The position numbers and the translations under genes were made by a program. Below, in pieces: positions 58,632 through 64,000 of a stretch of DNA of 64,000 nucleotides. Location: positions 19,902,001-19,966,000 of the forward strand of contig OZ024741.1 of NCBI GenBank assembly GCA_964016885.1. Reading direction: 5' to 3'. Source of the DNA: Eledone cirrhosa (lineage: Eukaryota). Each line of letters begins with the position of its first letter. Positions within the stretch are counted from its first letter, which is position 1. The notes beneath the pieces were generated by a model. The model saw only the letters and a program-made list of their open reading frames with translations, had not been told where the DNA came from and did not search any database.

Positions 58632-60220
58632 TGACCATTATGCTGCGAAAAGTGAGAGCAGGATACAAGTTGGGAAGGGGAGGGCTTACCATCAATCACC
58701 TCCTCTTCATGGACGATCTTAAGCTCTTCGGGAAAAGTGAGAAGGAGTTGGATGTGCTTGTTGACACTGTCCGTATTTTCAGCAGTGATATATGTATGCA
58801 GTTTGGTATTGGTAAATGTGGAGTCATTGTGATGAAGAGGGGTAGGTTGAGCAGAAGTAACGGGATCCAGATACCAACAGGTGAGATGATAAAGGAAATT
58901 GACTCTGAGGAAGGATACAAGTATTTGGGCGTTCTGGAGGCTGATGGCATAAAGAACAAAAAAATGAAGGAATTGTTAAGAACTGAATACATTCGGAGAG
59001 TAAGGAGCGTATTGAAGTCACATCTGAACAGCAGAAACGCCATAAGCGCAGTAAATTCCCGAGCTGTGTCTATTATTAGGTACAGTGCGGGAATTCTGAG
59101 ATGGAATGTTGCTGAACAAAAAGAAATGGATAGGAAGACTAGGAAGCTATTGACTATCTACAACATGTTCCACAAGAGGAGTGATGTCGATAGACTCTAC
59201 CTAAGGAGATCTGAGGGTGGAAGAGGTCTTATCAGCATAGAGGACTGTGTTCAGATGGAGAAAAACAACCTATACAAATACGTGACCTATAGTAAGGAGC
59301 CAATGCTCAGAACTGTACTGAAGGAGGGGACAGTAGGCCAGGGGATGTCCAGGGAGGAAATAACTTCAAGGAGGAAGAGCAGCCTTAAGTGAAAATCCCT
59401 TCATAGTACCTTCTTTGAGAAAACTGAATTTAGAGATCCACAGACATGGAACTGGTTGAGAAGAGGAGACCTCAAAAAGGCTACAGAAGGAATTCTAATG
59501 GCTGCGCAGGAGCAGGACCTCAAAACGAAGTGGTTGAAGCACCATATCTACAAGGAGGAGGCTAGCCCACTGTGCAGGATCTGTGGAGAGAGAGAGGAGA
59601 CTGTGGCTCACATTGTGTCCGAGTGTAAACACCTAGCCCAGACCCACTATAAGGGCTGGAGACACGATGTGATGGGCAGGGTGATCCACTGGCACCTGTG
59701 CAAAGTAAACAATCTACCACATTCTGAGAAATGGTATGAGCATAGGCCAGAGGCGGTGATGGAGAACAATCAGGTGAAGGTGCTGTGGGATTTTAGGATA
59801 CAGACGGACAAAAAACTGGAACACAATAGACCTGACCTGGTGGTTGTGGACAAAGAAAAAAGATCGTGCCTGATTGTGGATGTGGCCTGCCCGTTCGACA
59901 CGAGAGTGCAAGAGAAGGAGAGGGAGAAAATTAACCGATACCAGGACCTAAAGTGGGAGGTGAAAAGGATTTGGAACTGCCATGAAGTCAAAGTGATCCC
60001 GATTGTCATAGGCGCACTGGGGACTATCTCCAAAAGTTTCCAGGGATGGTTAAAGAAAATCGGCCCCTTCACGCTTTTTGGAACGCTTCAAAAGGCATGC
60101 TTGCTTGGAACAGCAAGAACCCTCCGATACGTCCTGAATATCTGAGGCTGCAGGTAGTGGCTTGATATTCAATCCAACGGACTTTCCAGTTAACCAACAT
60201 CAATGACTGAGATTCAAGGA
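58631..60220 (+). mobile_element. 5'-truncated R4/Dong-like element (family B), premature stop at 59390-59392
   Basis: HLLFMDDLKL, YKYLG, CRIC..ETVAHIVSEC, RHD, RPDL..VDVACP. (TAA)n tail. Confidence 0.92.
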
Positions 60221-60384
60221 ATAATAATAACAATAATAATAATAATAATTGTTTCTACTTTTTGGCACAAGGCCATCAATAACCCAGTGCATTACTGGTA
60301 CTTTATTTTATCGACCCCGTAAGGATGAAAGGCAAAGTTAACCTCGGCGGGATTTGAACTCAGGGGCGGGATTTGTGGTTCCAG

Positions 60385-62103
<1,719 letters not shown>

Positions 62104-62501
62104 CACAATAGACCTGACCTGGTGGTTGTGGACAAAGAAAAAAGATCGTGCCTGATTGTGGATGTGGCCTGCCCGTTCGACACGAGAGTGCAAGAGAAGG
62201 AGAGGGAGAAAATTAACCGATACCAGGACCTAAAGTGGGAGGTGAAAAGGATTTGGAACTGCCATGAAGTCAAAGTGATCCCGATTGTCATAGGCGCACT
62301 GGGGACTATCTCCAAAAGTTTCCAGGGATGGTTAAAGAAAATCGGCCCCTTCACGCTTTTTGGAACGCTTCAAAAGGCATGCTTGCTTGGAACAGCAAGA
62401 ACCCTCCGATACGTCCTGAATATCTGAGGCTGCAGGTAGTGGCTTGATATTCAATCCAACGGACTTTCCAGTTAACCAACATCAATGACTGAGATTCAAG
62501 G
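62104..62501 (+). mobile_element. Short 3' copy of R4/Dong-like family B
   Basis: Matches 59822-60220. Sits between (TAA)n tracts. Confidence 0.9.
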
Positions 62502-62513
62502 AATAACAACAAC

Positions 62514-62551
<38 letters not shown>

Positions 62552-64000
62552 TGATTTCTTTATTGGCCACAAGGGCTGACATCAAGAAAAACATTACAGA
62601 CGGCACAGGACGGTACGATGTGGGTTTTGTGCGTGTAAATATTTTTATTATTTATATAAGAAAAGAAAAAAAAGGACATAGAAACATATATATATATAAA
62701 CAATAAAAATGAAAATTGAAACAATGAAAAATTCCCCAATAGGGAGAAAACCTCCGAGGGTTACTAGTGGCGAAAACCACACAAAAGACCACGGGCCACC
62801 CTGACCACCAGAGCAAGCGCCCTCTCTCAATTTTTTCCATTTCTCAAACTACAGACGTATATTCAGTGTTCACTCGGACCATTCTCGCTACATTCACCCA
62901 CCTTTCAACAAACTTGCTAGAAGGCAGCACTTCCCTTTCCACCCTGATTTTCCTCTTAAAGTGAAACTAGAAAAAGTTAATTAGGGATTCGCCGAAGAGG
63001 AAAGTTCTGTTTTTAACCCTTTTAACCTTGTCCACCACACAATCTCTTTCGCCATGGCCACCAGGCAGATAAAAACCGCCTGCCCTTCCTCCTCGAAGGA
63101 AGACGGCGAGACCATCTGCACAATGGACCCAGTCGATAACCGGATCAGTCCTACAGGCAACAGCAACTGTTCGACATAGCTCCACAAGTCAGCAATGCTC
63201 GGGCACTGAACGAGTGCGTGCACGACGGTTTCGTCGCTCTGCGCGCATCTCGGACAGGCTCGGCTGACGGCACTTCCGCGCCTGTAGAGCTTATCTCGAA
63301 CCGGCAGCGCTCCCCGGTAGCACTGCCAGGCCAAGGATTTTGGAAGTTATCCATAGGCCCCGGGCCGAAAGTTCTCCGGAAGAGTACAAACAGCCGATCT
63401 TCTTCGACGACCAGGATCTCTCCGAGAATGTCGTCGCTCTTCCCCTCTACTAGTCTTCTATAGAACGCCGAGGTGGATGTTCCACCGATACTGGTGGCCA
63501 GCTGGCAGAGGGCAGTGAGCGCCTGGAGACATTCCAGTTTCCAAGCGCTATCCTTCGGTCTTTTTCTGACCCAGGACTGCAGCTCCGTCAAGGAGACAAT
63601 CTGTGGGAAAACGTGCCTGGCGAACGGCGACCACACCTGTTCACCGTCAAGGAAGCACCAGAGATGTCGCAGCCTCAGCGCATGTTTGCGCATCATCAGC
63701 CATGGCATGCCCAGTCCTCTACGCAACGGGTGTAGACAGCAGATGGATTGTCTGATCATGGAAGCGCGTCCCTCCCACAAAAAGCGGAAGAGGAGGCGCT
63801 CCATTTTGGTGAGAATTGGGCTGGAGCAAGGGACGACGATGAGGCGGTAGCAGATGACGGATGCGATGTACGCATTCGCCACCTCCGCCCGGCCTTTCAG
63901 GGACAGCTTCCTCTCGGCCCATTTCTGGGTGAGGGAGGCCACCCTGCTCGTCACCTCGTTCCAGTTTTTCTCCATCTGGAGGTCCGGTCCGAACCAGACT
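62552..64000 (-). mobile_element. L1/Tx1-like non-LTR retrotransposon, 3' part of ORF2
   Basis: W.ERKLSLKGRAEVAN...FRFLWEG...P.RRGLG. Zinc-binding AWQCYRGALPV..CPRC..DETVVHALVQC. Frameshift near 63335. 3' end AATAAAGAAATC followed by (ATT)n. Confidence 0.88.

Overview
Gene-poor, repeat-dominated animal genomic DNA, probably cephalopod/Octopus-like (inferred from the extreme (TA)n/(CA)n density and the SINE types). No host protein-coding gene could be identified with confidence. Contents: (i) at least five families of Penelope-like elements (PLEs; RT and/or GIY-YIG), nearly all inserted in (TA)n tracts and often with inverted termini; (ii) more than 20 hammerhead-ribozyme (HHR) motifs found by eye, many with palindromic stem III and several with a compensatory U3:A8 core; (iii) non-coding, HHR-bearing direct-repeat units resembling retrozymes (593-bp and 494-bp periods); (iv) many short palindromic PLE 3' ends whose symmetry centres lie in or next to the HHR; (v) a tandem stack of R4/Dong-like RLE retrotransposons in (TAA)n, facing an L1/Tx1-like element; (vi) RTE-like LINE fragments, tRNA-derived SINEs and a hAT MITE; (vii) three minisatellites (21, 18-19 and 59 bp units). 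The best candidate for an undescribed system is a microsatellite-targeted network of PLEs, retrozymes and fold-back mini-elements using variant hammerheads. All structures were read by eye. Nothing was folded or searched computationally, and element boundaries are approximate.
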